Source: Hypanus sabinus (lineage: Eukaryota). Taken from it: a DNA stretch of 64,000 bases. A program made the position numbers and the translations under genes. Positions 13,073 to 26,479 of the stretch are shown here, piece after piece; position 1 is the stretch's first letter; the number at the start of each line of letters is the position of its first letter. The notes beneath the pieces are model-generated. The model searched no databases. It was given only the letters and a program-made list of their open reading frames with translations, and was not told the origin of the DNA. The stretch spans positions 51,708,001 to 51,772,000 of the forward strand of contig NC_082727.1 of the NCBI RefSeq assembly GCF_030144855.1. The letters run 5' to 3'.

Positions 13073-13710
13073 TATCAGAATCAGGTTAATATCACTGACA
13101 TATTTTGTGAAATTTGTTGAGCAGTAGTACAATGCAACACATAATAATAGAAAAATAATTGTAAATTATATTAAATATACATAAAATAAATAAGTAGTGC
13201 AAAAACAGAGAGGAAATTACTGAAGTAGTGTACATCGGTTCAATGTACATTCAGAAATCAGATGGCAGAAGGGAAGAAACTGTTCTTGAATCTTTGAGTG
13301 TGTGACTTCAGGCTCCTGTACCTCCTCATTGATGGTAGCAATGAGAACAAGGTATGACCTGAGTGATAGGAGTCTTTAATAATGGACGCCACCTTTTTGA
13401 GGTGTCAATCCTTGAAGATGTCCTGGATACTACGGAGGCTGGTACCCGTGACGGAACTGATTAAATTTACAACTCTCTGCAGCTTACTTCAATCCTGTGC
13501 AGTAGCACCCCCTCCCCCCCCACACCAGACAGTGATGCAGTCTGTTAGAATGCTCTCCATGGTACATTTGTATAAATTTGAGTGTTTTTAGAGACACTGA
13601 ATTTTCTCAAACTCCTAATGAAATATACATAGCCATTGACATACCTTCTTTGTAGCTGCCTTGATATGTTGGGTCCAGGGTAGATCGTCAAAGATGTTGA
13701 TACCCAGGGT
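13073..13710 (-). mobile_element. Rex1/Babar-like LINE 3' end
   Basis: Minus strand reads CLKKVASIIKD..H.GH.LFSLLPS.RRYRSLKSHTQRFKNSFFPSAI; starts with (ATCAG) tail repeats. Confidence 0.8.
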
Positions 13711-13903
13711 ATGGAAATATATTACTATTAATTATTGCTAAATCATGAAGCTTTTCAACCAGCACCATATTGCTCAAGAGCAATTACGGGAGGTAATATT
13801 AGTGTTTCAACATCCTGAAAAATGAATTTTAAAAATATTTGGAAATACTAAAGCATTTTTCGCAATATGCTCCTGAGCTTTGAATGTCTTTATACATAGA
13901 TGT

Positions 13904-14349
13904 TGTTGGTCGCATGAACAAAGTCACTGGCGAAAAGTACTGGTAGATATAAAGCAGTCCCTTTATTCGACAAAATGAGATACAGCAGGCGTCAGAGGGA
14001 GACCCTTTCGGAAGAAAAATGTCTGCCTGACCTAAAGCTACACCGCATTTTATGTGCTAAAGATCAAAGTACAATTCCATATTTACAATGCATCCACAAT
14101 GTTTTCTTTGAATCACACACAGACTTTACACCTCACGGTCTGCACCCACACCACAGTTATCTAAATGAATTTTAATCAGTATCATCAAGTCGTCCAGTTA
14201 TCTGTGGTTCACGGTTCTTAGGAACCCATTGTTCAGAGCTGCGTTTTAGATTTAATACACAATTCATAATTGCATCTGAAGACTGGTAGCTGGAGTCAGT
14301 TGCTGAAGTTATTTGTTATGTGTTCTAACTCCAAAAAAATGCTCTAACA
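13904..14349 (-). mobile_element. Solo LTR, copy 1
   Basis: TG...CA termini; 5-bp TSD GATGT/GAAGT; minus-strand AATAAA near 13961; homologous to 37104-37593. Confidence 0.75.
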
Positions 14350-14796
14350 GAAGTTTATTTATCTGTTCTGTTTAAAGTTCGATTTAGACAACAGTGAGTG
14401 TTCAGACATGAAAGCGAAGGAGTTTGTACTGATTCAAGTTCAACAGACATTATTTATAGATCACATCCAATTCATTCTGAAGTCGCTGATAAGACAGCGT
14501 AATGCAGAACAAAGTATTAACATAAGACACTTGAACATGCTAGATGGAATTGAACCCATAAATCCACTGAGTACTCTTATTCCATTCTCATACTAAAATA
14601 ATTGTATGGTAGATCTTTATTGTCCAGCCAGTTTAAGAGGTTCATTGAGAGGGCCTGCATTTAGATTACAACTGCAGTATCTTTGCTAAATTGCTTCAGT
14701 GTTAAAGAAGTTACAAAGTTGTAGCAGATTTGAGAATTTCGCCCCAAGAACAGCAATGTAGCACATCAGAAGCAGCCAAACATTTACCATGTAGGC

Positions 14797-15577
14797 TTTT
14801 GAACCAAAAGGGATAACTTTACTCAACTTCATTTCCCCCATCAATGCAATGTTCTCACAACCAATGGACACTTTTTCAAGGACTTTTCATCTCATGTTCT
14901 CAGTGTTTATTGCTTATTTATCTATTTATGCGTCAGGGAAATTTATCAGGAATGTTGCGTAAGCAAGGCCTTTAGTATTATCAAAGATCCCACCCATCCA
15001 CCCAACATCCTCTTTGACTTTCTACCATCAGGCAGGAGATGCTTGCTGATGTATAAAAACATGAATAATCAGGATGGGAAACACTGTCTTCCCCCAGGAT
15101 ATAAGGCTTCTGCACTCCCTGCCACATCATACTCAAAATGTCACTGGTTAATCTGTTCTGTCCCTTAGAATATTTAATATTAATACACTTCAACTTATTA
15201 TTTATGTGATTTATCTGTAGACTTTATCCTTACCTTCATAAGTCATTGCGTGTAATATGTGGTATGTGTACTACTGTGCTTTACACCCTAGTTCAGAAAA
15301 ACGTCTCGTTTCTATATAGATTAAATGGATATATACATTATATACATGCATATAGTTAAATGACAACAAACTTGACTTAATTCTTATTCTTTTTGTATTT
15401 GCACAGATTGTTGTCTTTTGCACTCTGGTTGAACGCCCAAGTTGGTGCAGCCTTGCATTGATTCTGTTATGGTTATTATTCTGTAGACTTGTTGAGTTCG
15501 TCTGCAAGAAAATGACTTCAGGGTTGTATACGATGACATATATGTATTTTGCTAATACATTTACTGTGAACTTTGAA
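14797..15577 (+). mobile_element. Rex-like LINE 3' UTR interrupted by a second Rex-like LINE end (inner element ~14930-15379)
   Basis: The outer pieces join to match 47008-47290; the inner piece encodes SIIKDPTHP..LFDFLPSGRR and has its own AAACTTGACTT tail. Confidence 0.7.
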
Positions 15578-16185
15578 ACATTTCACTCAGTAAACTCCTG
15601 ACCAAGGTGAAATCTGTGTTGAAAATGAAAGTTATTTTTGATGTATATTGAATCATCTAGAAATAATTGTTGATAGAATGTATGCTGATAAGCAATTCTA
15701 TAAATGTGCACTCTATCTTAGTTGCTCTCTATTTGTTGCATTAATTCTCAGAACTGATGCTCCTGAATGCAGCTCTGGAAAATCGTCCACTTTTAAGTGT
15801 TAAGTGCAGGGAGGTGGTGCAGTTGTTGGGATGCTCTAATGATTAGGTGAATTTCAACCTGAATACAGAAGAGTAGAACTACGAATGGAAAATAATTATA
15901 TTAGGTTATAATCCACGAGGGATAGAAAAATAAGCGAGGGTGTGAAGTGATCATCAGGGAAGCACCGTCATTGAAAGCAAGAGAAGTATTTAGGGCTAAC
16001 ACTGGTGTAGCTCAGCAAGTGTCTGCTCGTTGGTTAGGTGTGACTCAAACTGAAAGGTGTAATTCTACTGGCTGATTAGAGAAATGAATGGGTTGAACAA
16101 AACTATCATTTGAAAATATTTTATTTATTAACCTATCCATTGTGGTAAGGGCTTAAATTAAGATGAGGTAATGGGATTCCTCAGA

Positions 16186-16875
16186 GTAGCAACACACACA
16201 CAAAGTGCTGGAGGAGCTCAGCAGCATCTTTGTAAAAGAGTAAACAGTTGACATTTTAAGCTGAGACCCTTCATCAGGACTGAGGAGGAAAGAGTAAGAA
16301 GATGGGGGGAGGAGAGGAAGAAGCTCAAGCTGGCAAGTGATGGGTGAAAACAGGAAGGGGGAGGGGGATGAAGTAAAGAGCTGGGAAGTTGGTGAAAGAG
16401 ATGGAGAGGGTAGAAGATCGTGGAGGAAAGGAAAGGGGGAGGAGCACCAGAAGGAGATGATGGGCAGGCAAGGGGATAAGGTGAGAGAGGGAAGCAGGAA
16501 GGAGGGGGGGAAGTTCAAGAAATCAATGTTCATGCTAGCAGGTTGGAGGCTACCCAAATGGAATATAAAATGTAGTTCCTCCAACCTGAGTGTGGCCTCA
16601 TTGCAGTAGTAGAGGAGGCCATGGACTGACATGTCTGAATAGGAATGGGAAGTGGAGTTGGAATAGGTGGCTACTGGGAGATCCGGCTTTTTCTAGCGAA
16701 CGGAGCATAGGTACTCAGCAAAGTGGTCTCCCAATCCACGTTGGGTCTCACTGATATACAGGAGGCCACGCTGGGAGTGGAGGATTCAGTAGGTGACTCA
16801 CAGGTGAAGTGTTGCCTCACCTAGAAGGACTGTTTAGGGTCCTGAATGGTAGTGAGGGAGGAGGTGTAGGGGCAG
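16186..16875 (-). mobile_element. Penelope-like element 3' part (GIY-YIG C-terminus and terminal repeat with hammerhead motif)
   Basis: GLLYYCNEATLRLEELHFIFHLGSLQPASMNIDF matches the Penelope endonuclease C-terminus; hammerhead-like motif at 16245-16282. Confidence 0.85.
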
Positions 16876-17019
16876 AGCAACATGTTCGTTTTGCAAAGAT
16901 ATTTTTTGCTGCTTGTCAGTAATCAGATAGGTCAAATGGATGCATTAATTGGTGAACTCAAACGAAATATAAGTCCAGAATAGTGATATTCTTAAAATTC
17001 AACCAAAGTATAAAATATG

Positions 17020-17548
17020 TGAACATAGAACATAGAAATCTACAGCACATTACAGGCCGTTTGGCCCACAATGTTATGCCAACCATGTAACCTACTCTAG
17101 AATTAACCTACCGCATAGTCCTCTAGTTTTCCAAGATCCATGTACCTACCTAAGATTCTTTTAAAAGATCATATTGTATCTGCTCCCACCACCGTCGCCG
17201 GCAGTGCATTCTATGCACCCATCACTCTCTATGTGAAAACTGACCCCAGACATCACCTCTGTACCTTCTTCCAAGCACCCTAAAACTATGACCCCCCCCC
17301 CCCTTGTGTTAGCCACTTCAGCCTTGGGAAAAAGCCTCTGGCTATCCACATTAGGAACTGTAATGCTTCTCATCATCTTATACACCTCTATCAGGTCACC
17401 TCTCATCCTTCGTCACTCCAAGTTGAAAAGGCCAAGTTCACTCAACCTATTTTCATAAGGCACGCTCCCCAATCCAGACAACATATTTGTAAATCTCCTC
17501 TGCACTCTCTCTATAGTATCCACATCCTTCCTGTAGTGAAGTGACCAG
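17020..17548 (-). mobile_element. CR1 LINE 3' end
   Basis: MRGDLIEVYKMMR motif; (GAACATA)n tail. Confidence 0.9.
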
Positions 17549-18149
17549 AGCTAGCAATATGTTCACAACATGCATAAAGCTGTACTGGCAGCAGTTAGCA
17601 TTAGTGATTAGTATCAGTGACAGGCTACAGCAAAAACATTGCCTACAAGCCAACTGTCTTGAGCATTTATTTCTTGGTTAAATACTGTTTCAAATTCATG
17701 GAATTCCCTACCCAAGATCATCTGGGGAGTGCATAAAAATCCTGGCCAGAATAATTTATCAAAGGTACCTGATAAATCCTTAGTTCCTTCATCTTTATCG
17801 CTCGTCATAGAACCATCTGGGGTTTATCAGCCAGTCTGTGCCTATGAGTTAATGATGCCTATGTTGAGTCCTTGAATTGTTTAACATCAAGTGGTTTGAA
17901 TTATATTAGCATTTACACCATGAAATTCCCATCAGGATCGGTACAACGTACTAAATGAGCAGATTAACCCTATGGTGCCTGCATTAGAAAAAGCCAGACA
18001 GCAAAACTACAAACTGGCAGTCATTCATTTGACTTCAGAGGCCCTGAGATACAGGCAGGCTCTGCGTGACAGCCATTTGGATAATAGAAATTTGAAATCT
18101 CAAATCAGTACCCAAATATTACTGCTGTGGAATAAAATTTTCCACACTG

Positions 18150-19673
18150 CCTTTAAGGAGTTTGTGCGTTCTCCCCATGACTGCGTGGGTTTCCTCTGAG
18201 AGCTCCCGTTTCCTCCCACAGTGCCAGTTGGTAGGTTAATCGATCATTGTAAATTATCCATGATTAAATTCAAAGTACATTTATTACACTGGACAACAAA
18301 TTTTTTCAAAAGTGTTGCTTCCTCAGAATTTTTTTTTGTTATGAAAGACTGCTTGATGATGAACACAAATATAATTTCAGAATACTTGTATCATGTAGGA
18401 ATTTGGAGAAACAACAAATTAACTTTTATTGAATATAATGTTTTAAATTGCATAATAGTGCTGATGCTTTGCAATAGTTCAACTAAGTTAAAAATATTTT
18501 GTTAATGATTTTCATTTGTACTCAATGTCTGAGGCTTCTCGCGTAAGTATTCAGCAATAATTCGCCAGCATTGATGGATTCCAGTTGCCCTGGTATCTTT
18601 TCTCCATGACTGCAATATCCTGATGAAACATTTCACCGTGCTCGTCACTAACAGCACCAAGATTCGCAGGGAAGTCTAAATGGGAATGCAGAAAATGAAT
18701 CCTTTGTGACATGTTGCATTTCATGGTTTTATATGCTTGAAGCATGCTTTCAACCAGCTGCATGTAGTTTGGTGCTCTGTAGATGCCGAGAAAAATTTCA
18801 GCAACTTCCTTGAGTGCCTTCCATGTGATTTTCTCCGGTCCCACTAGAAATTCTTCAAATTGCCTGTCATTGATGACCTGTTTGATTTGTGGATCAACAA
18901 AAATGCTTTCCTTAATCTTGGCATCAGTTAATCTGGGAAGCATCTGTCTCAAGTATCAAAATCTTTCATAGAAATTTTTGTGCCTGGTGTAACAAATTCC
19001 ATCCTTGCGGTCCTGAACCGAATAATTATTACTAAAACCTGTCTTGCCGTGTAGCAGCTGCACCGCCTAAGCATGCCTGGACAAGATAGGAAACTTTACA
19101 GCTTACGTTGTAGGTAACATTTTAATTGACTTGAATTATGAATTGAAATAATAAACTTAAGTTTGTTTAAAAAATGGTGCATGATAGGGTAATTTCATGG
19201 TGATTTTCATGATCAGTAGCCCAAAATTCATAAGGTACACCTAAAGATATTCAGGATGCAAAATCTTTGTTCAGTGTATAAACCATACAACTTTGAGATT
19301 CATCTGCTGACAGGCAGCCAAGAAACACGAAAGAACCCGATTTAAAAAACAGACCAACATCCAATGTGCAGAGAGAGGGGAAAAATACAAATTATACACA
19401 CAATAAAGCAACAGCACTTAAAATGAAATTGAGTCCTTAAATCTGAAGCCTGCAGCAGCCGGAGCAGGCCCACTGTTCAGCATACAGCGGGGCAAATTGC
19501 AGTGAAGCTCACAGACACTGAGCCCAGAGCAGGACACAGCCACAGCACCGAGGAGAATGGAGTAAACATCATGGAACAGATCAGGCTGGGGTTAAACTGG
19601 GGGTTGCTGAGCGGCATGGTGCGAAGAGCCGGGAGGGCCCATTACGCACTGTTTCTCAATGAATAAATAAATA
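18150..19673 (+). mobile_element. V-domain SINE split (18150-18265 + 19579-19673) by a LINE-tail-like element (18266-18286 + 19277-19578)
   Basis: The two halves join to match 895-1105 (TGATTA | GATCAGGCTGGGGTTAAACTGGGGG). Confidence 0.75.
18287..19276 (-). mobile_element. Chapaev-like (CMC group) DNA transposon, internally deleted
   Basis: CAC...GTG termini with imperfect TIRs (CACTGGACAACAAATTTT / AAAATCTTTGTTCAGTG); the 18551-18952 ORF encodes a transposase C-terminus, AKIKE.IFV.PQI..MS..IHFLHSHLDF.P.NLGAVSDEHGE.FHQDI..MEKRYQG.W...ML..YC. Confidence 0.75.
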
Positions 19674-20309
19674 GAATTCTGTGTCATGGAAGTTATGTGA
19701 AATAAAGTAAGTTGACATAAACTTTGTTTTTCAACACAGCTTTGCATTGCAGAAAGTCACGATACATCCCATTTTCCAGGAACTCCACTGGCCCGTAACT
19801 CAGGGTTGCCTATATGCAAATAAATAGTAATTCAGCATGAACTAGTTGATTACATCTGATTGATATGAATTGGTGACAGTATTGGACTCTGTATATGCAG
19901 AGCCCATTCAGTGTCAATAAGTTAAAATTTGGCGAATATTCTTACAGTTATCTTTATTCATGATTTGTCCAAATTAACTGGTTGCCTTGTGTTCCTCTGG
20001 GATGATGCTAGCTTTTGGGCTTGCATTTTCCATTCTTCCTGGATTCTGTGCACAGGTCTAAATTCATCATCTACTCTGGAAATTATTTTGTCTCATGAAT
20101 ATCCGAAATGTGCTTGCTTTTGTTTGGAGTAGCCGTATTTCCCTATTTTTGGAAATGTTTCACTATATTAGTGGCAGTCTTTTCAAGCTTGCAGGACACC
20201 TTATCTCATGCTTGTACCCAGAATACTGGTCTAATTTCCACTCCAACTAGTACTGAGGAAGCTGCTTAGAGAATTCAAAAATAGAATGTAAGCAGTTTAA
20301 AACACAAAA

Positions 20310-20762
20310 ATTTACAAGGATGTTGCTGGGACTTAAGCAACAGAGTATAGGGAAAGGTTGAATAGATTATTCCTAGGAGTGCAGAAGAATGAGATTGATT
20401 GAGGTGTACAAAATTATGAGGGGTATAGATAGGGTAAATGTAAGCAGGCTTTTTCCATTGAGGTTGGGTGAGAATGGAACTAAAGGTCATGGGTTAAGGG
20501 TGAAAGGTGAAATGTTTCAGAGGACCGTGAAGAGGAACTTCTTCACTCAGAGGATGGTGAAGAGTGTGGAATGAGCTTCCAGTGAAAGTGGTGAATGGCA
20601 GTTCAATTTCAACTCCTAAGAGAAGTTTGGATAAGTACGTGGATGGGGGGATTATGAAGGGTATGGCCCAGGTGCAGATCGATGGGACTAGGTAGAATAT
20701 CAGTTCAGCATGAACCAAAGATGCTGAAGGACCTGTTTCTGTGCCATAGTGCTTTATGACTG
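20310..20762 (+). mobile_element. CR1 LINE 3' end
   Basis: LIEVYKIMRGIDRVN..LFP..GH.LRVKG..F...RNFFTQR. Confidence 0.9.
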
Positions 20763-21164
20763 TTTCTTAACACCTTAATTTTCAATGAAACTTTTGCATT
20801 TTTGTCGATCTATTTGAATGGCAGCCATATTTGAGTAGTTGTGCTTTTCAGTTAGCACGGACATCTGGATGCTCCAGTTCGCATATTTATTTCTGTTATG
20901 TTTTGGGGGCTGCAGTCTTGACGGTGTATCATCTTGGCAAGGAGTATTTTGTCTCTATAAGCTTCAGTCAGTTGATTAGGATTAATCCTTTCAGAGCTGA
21001 GTCCTCAGTTTGACACTCCATTTTGAGAGCGTGTTTGAGGTAGTCACTGAGATCCTCTTGCAAAAAGAATCATCTTGAGGATTTCAGTAGTCAATAACAA
21101 AGTTTTATCAAGAATATTGCAGTTCTACAATGTGTTCTTAGTCATCCAGCTGGCTTGTATCCTG

Positions 21165-21400
21165 CTGTTATAAGACTGTTGAATGGTTCCTTACCACAGT
21201 TGTCCTCACAGTTCACCCCATTATGATCTTGCACCTTATTGTCTACCTGCACTGCACTTTATCTGTAGCCTGTATAGTTTATTCTACATTCTTGTATAAC
21301 CTCAGTGCACTGTGTAATGAATTGTTCTGTATGAACCGCGTGCAAGACAAGCTTTTCACAGTATCTCAGTACATGTAATATTCAGAAACAAATTCCAATT
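21165..21400 (+). mobile_element. LINE (Rex/L2-type) 3' tail
   Basis: TATCCTGCTGTTATAAGACTGTTGAATGG..GCAAGACAAGCTTTTCACAGTATCTCAGTACATGT tail. Confidence 0.55.
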
Positions 21401-21679
21401 CACCCATGTTGTGTGACAAGTAGAAATCGAGCCAAAATGTTTTGGTGGTAAAATTATGTTGCAGTGGCGTACTTAGGCGACTATGTTTGGTTTTGTGTGT
21501 GTGATGCTAGTGCACCAAGCTTTTAAAGAATATTTCTTACTTCAGGGCACTTGCAGGAATCTGTGTAAGTGCATTTTAAGATAAAAGATTAAAGATCTTT
21601 AATTGTCCAGCAACTTAGATGAAATGCCGTATTCCCTGTTGTTAGAAATGTACTCACCCTGGATTTATATATTAATTCT

Positions 21680-21955
21680 TTGAGATACAGTGCAGAATAG
21701 GCCCTTCCATCCCTTCAAGCTACGCCGCCCAGCAATCCTCTGATTGAACCCTAGCCTAATCACGGAATGATTTACAATGACCAGTTAACCCAGCAACCAC
21801 TACATCTTTGGACTGTGGGAGGAAACTACAGCACCGGGAGGAAACCCACACGGTCACGGGGAGAACGTACAAACTGCTTACAGGCAGCGACGGGAATTGA
21901 ACCTGGGTCGCCTGTACTGTATTGTGTTGTGCTAACCACTACACTACCATGCCAT
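21680..21955 (-). mobile_element. V-domain tRNA SINE, near full length
   Basis: Reverse complement of 895-1105/4425-4626 plus a tRNA head (B box GGTTCAATTCC near 21894-21904). Confidence 0.85.
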
Positions 21956-22384
21956 GCTATTGTAGAGCATGTTTAGACAGTGTAGATATATATCTTGGAA
22001 AGCTATGCCTAAAGTATATTGTATATTGGGGTTCATGGATTTTATAGGGCATGGGCACACCATTGGGTGAAGTATTGCTATCGAAGATTGTATTAGCCAG
22101 TTATTCTAGGTTTCATTAAAAGACACTTAATTATTATTAAGACTATTTAGATACAGCTGTAAAAAAACAGAGTCTGGCAGTCATTAGTAACAGTTTTTGT
22201 AAGTAATTATGTGATGGGAATGATGTTTCATGCTGCAACGTGCAAATAAAACTCAATGGAATACCGTGCAACTCTCAGGAAATGGAAACACCCAAAGCAC
22301 TCTGGCAACATTCTGGGATGAGTCTGAGTAATGGCTGTAGTCTTGGATGTTTTTGATGACTTTTTGGAATAAATCACCACTCTT

Positions 22385-22504
22385 CCAGGAGCAGGCTCTT
22401 GAACCAAAAGGGATAACTTCACTTGCCCTCTCACTGAAATGTTCCCACAGCCTATGGGCTCACTTTCAAGAATTCTTCATCTCATGTTCCTGATATTTGT
22501 TGGC

Positions 22505-22548
<44 letters not shown>

Positions 22549-22716
22549 TCCTTTTTTTGCACAGTTTTTTTGTTTTTGAACGCCCAAATTGGTGCAATCT
22601 TTCGTTGAGGGTTATTATTGTATTATGGATTTGTTTATGTTGGTAAGAAAGTGAATCTTAGGGTTGTATATGGTGACTTAAGTGTACTTTGAAATATACC
22701 TACTTTGAACTTTGAA
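22385..22716 (+). mobile_element. Rex-like LINE 3' UTR containing an expanded (TTA)n
   Basis: Homologous to 47000-47290; tail ACTTTGAACTTTGAA. Confidence 0.75.
22508..22548. repeat. (TTA)n microsatellite, about 13 units
   Basis: Directly visible. Confidence 0.95.
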
Positions 22717-23011
22717 ACACTTTCATCCTGTTTTTGGGAAACATTATGAATTGTAGCATCGATTTGTGAGCAACCAACAGTGTTGCCATGTAGCACCACT
22801 GCTTCTTGTGGAAGGTTAAGTTCAGCAGGAGCCATCAACCCTTGGATTCTTCACAAAGGGCAGGTCTTGCTGACAGGTTCAATGTATTCTAGTGTGATCT
22901 TTGCAAGTGTTGGCTTTTCTATCTCTGCCTAGTTCTGTTAGTCTGGTTGTCTATTGCAACCTGCCCTCTAGTCTTAAAGCTCTAACTGTGATGCATTTAC
23001 TTCATGTAAGA

Positions 23012-23198
23012 GAAGAAGGAGAAGGAGAAGGACCCTTGAGAAAGAAAGTCATTGAGATGCCATCGTGATGGCGTTTTTTATGAGGCCGAGTTGCTAGCTC
23101 GATGCTCGGATGGAAAGCGGGCAAGGGAACTGACTAGATTTGAACTCAGGAGCCTTCGCTCCAAATCCGGCCCTGATGCCACTATGCCACCAGCTGGC
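23012..23198 (-). mobile_element. Short tRNA-derived SINE
   Basis: Minus-strand A box TGGCATAGTGG and B box GAGTTCAAATC; (CTT)n-like tail. Confidence 0.65.
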
Positions 23199-23882
23199 TT
23201 CATTTAACTATGGTTATACAATAAAGGACAGATGAAAGCAGAGCAGTGTTCATCCTAGCACCAAACACCTCTGTACCTCACTGCTTTTCTCCGCTTTCCA
23301 CAGGGATCAGTACACTCTACACTGTACACTGAATACAGTTTATCAATTTTTCTCTTCTGGAACATTTTTTTTTACTTTACTGATTGCGAGGTTGATTAGA
23401 CAAGAAGAAAGCATGTAAATTATCATTTAAAAACTAGGAAAAACACTATGCTGTAACTTTGACACCAATGCAATTCCTTGCACCAAAATTAAAAACTAAG
23501 AACCCTGGAAATACTCAGGTGTCAGGCTGCATCTGTAGGAAGAAAATTAGGTCAATAACTCAGTTTGAAGACCTTACATCAGAAGCTGGAAAGAGAATTG
23601 GTGCTAGGATGAGCAATGTCCCAGGCTGACAATGGATGTAAGCTGTCCATAAGGTTATTGGGCCATTAAGTGAATGAGAGCAGTTAGAGCCTGGGGATGT
23701 GGGTGAAAGAACAAGGTAAGAAGAGTGGTGGAGTGTTGAATTGCAGAGTCTGAGGTTATGCCAGGATATCAAAACTGCCTCATCCTCCACTCCTGGAGGG
23801 AATGAAAGGAAAAACAGAAAATAACTCAAGACTACGTCACTTGGTGGCAGTGAAATGCAGAGTTTCACCTGATTGCAACAGA

Positions 23883-24270
23883 ATAGACAATAGACAATAG
23901 GTGCAGAAGTAGACCATTCAGCCCCTCGAGTCTGCACCGCCATTCTGAGATCATGGCTGATCATTCACTATCAATACCCAGTCCCTGCCTTGTCCCCATA
24001 TCCCTTGATTCCCCTATCCATCAGATATCTATCTAGCTCCTTCTTGAAAGCATCCAGAGAATTGGCCTCCACCGTCTTCCGAGGCAGTGCATTCCACACC
24101 TCCACAACTCTCTGGGAGAAGAAGCTCTTCCTCAACTCTGTTTTAAATAACTGACCTCTTATTCTCAATCCATGCCGTCTGGTACTGGACTCTCCCAACA
24201 TCTGGAACATATTTCCTGCCTCAATCCTATCAAATCCTTTAATTATTTTAAACATTTCAATCAGATCCCA
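23883..24270 (-). mobile_element. Young CR1 (HER1-like) LINE 3' end
   Basis: Uninterrupted 94-aa C-terminus (FKIIKGFDR..FFSQRVVEVWNALP..FKKELDRYL); (ATAGACA)n tail. Confidence 0.92.
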
Positions 24271-24743
24271 GAATCTAGGTTGTCATGCCAGAGTTAGATT
24301 TAAGTATCATTTAGAGATTCCAAATTGCAAATGACTGAAGTGAACAGGAACTAGAAGAAAGCTACAGTGCATCCCCTGTCCCCCCCCCACCCCCACCAAG
24401 CTCTAAGTAACTTCATCCACTAATGTTCTACTGAACATCAACACCACAACCAAGATGAGGCGTGAAGTCTGCAGTGAGTTGAGTTCATTCTGCTTTGCAT
24501 TGAGTGTTATAAATTTTCTTGTTTTCCTCCACTGAGACAAGACAGGTAGAAATTGGTGTCATTTCCTGCTGGTTTGGCATTAATGGTACATGCAGAGTAG
24601 AAGGGAATTTTGGTACTCCTCATTAGTAAAATGATTTCTTATCCAAATCTAACTTTTTTTTAATCAATTGTGTCCCACTCCATATAAGCTAATTGCCATC
24701 TTCAAAAGAGAGCTTGGGATAGACAATAAATGTGAATGCCCAT

Positions 24744-25140
24744 CTCTTCTACCCGTAACACTGCTGGAGTTTAGGGTAGCAATGAAGGTCCTCCGTCTCT
24801 GGTGGTGTTCAGGGCTTCCTTCATCATGCCAATAGCTCAGTTTTCACTAGTCTCCGTCCTGCAAGTTCCAGGTGGAGCCTCAGGAATACCGTCACACTCA
24901 GATGTAGAAGGATTCTACATTGCTGTTTCCATAACAATGTTGTTTGACCAGTCAGTTAGCCTTGAGATAAGCCTCTGAACCTGGAGGACCGATGAACCAC
25001 TCTTAGTCTGTCCTCTACTCTTTGACCTGTTTGACATGCGTGACCCTACCAAGCCCTGAATCCAGCCAACTTAGTTCTCTGGGTCATTGAGGCACACAAG
25101 CCTCTAAACCCTACAACAGGTTTGTGGTCCTCTTGGAGAA
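24744..25140 (-). mobile_element. Short non-autonomous RTE-derived retroelement, copy 1 (397 bp)
   Basis: 11-bp TSD TGAATGCCCAT (24733-24743 / 25141-25151); RTE-type 5' region (GGCTTGTGTGCCTCAATGACCC) joined to an RTE-type 3' end. Confidence 0.8.
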
Positions 25141-26479
25141 TGAATGCCCATAATCAATGAATAAAGTGAAAATTCAGTGGTAAAAGAATTATCACTTCAA
25201 CATTAGTCAAAACCATTAATATATCCATTCCATTCTCACTCCTGTCTCTCAGTCTCTGGCACACACTCCAGTGTTTCAAAGAAATGTGAATTCTAGGTAC
25301 ATCAGTAGTTAGAAGGCTTGATGTGAACGAATCTTTTTCACAAAAAGCCCGAGTTGTCTCTGCAGCTTTAAAGCTTTGCATGATTAGTTAATGAGACATG
25401 AGCTCTGTAAACAGTGAAGTTCTTACGTGGCAAAGTAAATTATCATTAGTGGCACACAGTTGTTCATTTACTTCTTAGTGAATGGATTTTTAGTGCCATG
25501 CTGTCTCCCCCAATGAATTGTGTGTAGAGACAAGAAACTCGACTAAAACAAGAAAATCGACTAAAGCATAACTGCTCTTTCTTGTCCAATGTTTACCTTG
25601 TGATTAGATTTTTTTTTAAGTTTGGGTTTGTAGAATCATGATGTTCATCAATGGTCCAGACAAAGAGGCTTTTCAAATATTTAAAACTCCTGTATTTTAT
25701 TCCCTCAGCTCCTGTTAATGCCTCGTGTTCTATATGCTGTGCTCTTTAATATATCTGAGCACTGCAATGGTAAATCTATGGCATGCAACATAAAGCAACA
25801 CGTCTGTCCATTTTTACAGCTGGAATGCCCAGTAGTTCATTACCACATGCCATAATTGGTCAGTGTAGTTGTTCCATTATTTTTACAATATCATTTGGCT
25901 TCAGGATCACATATATCTCTGGTAGCTTTGATAAAAACCAGTGTCATAGTCCTTACAGCCAGTGTCATGTACATTTGCCACACTATTACATGCAGGCAAA
26001 TTAATTAGAACTACAAAAATTCCTAGCACATACTTAAGATCTACATTTCAGGGCGTGAGGCACCATTTGATAATGGAGGTCTCTATTTGCCATTTCTATT
26101 TTTACATTAACAAGCAGCAACCATTTGAAAATAAAATACACTTATATACAGCTTTGGCCTGTTTTCAGCCGCCAGATTCCACATGTAGGTGGCTCAGGGT
26201 ATTTTCAGCATCTCTGCCAAGTTTGTTGCTGTGTGTGTGTGTTTTGTTTTGGTAGAACAGAGCATTCATCTGTATATTTTTTTCCACTTTTCTTTCCTCC
26301 GTTAGCACTGTTTAAATGCTAAGAAGGCAAACAAACTGTAGTCTCTTGCACAAATGGCGACTTTAAGGTTGTTCCATGAATCATAGGTACAGTCACTGTG
26401 AGGGAATGCAGCATCAGTAGTGGGTTTTTCCCCTTGGAGTTGAAATGTGCAACCATGGTTCAGGGATATGGGGTATCTC

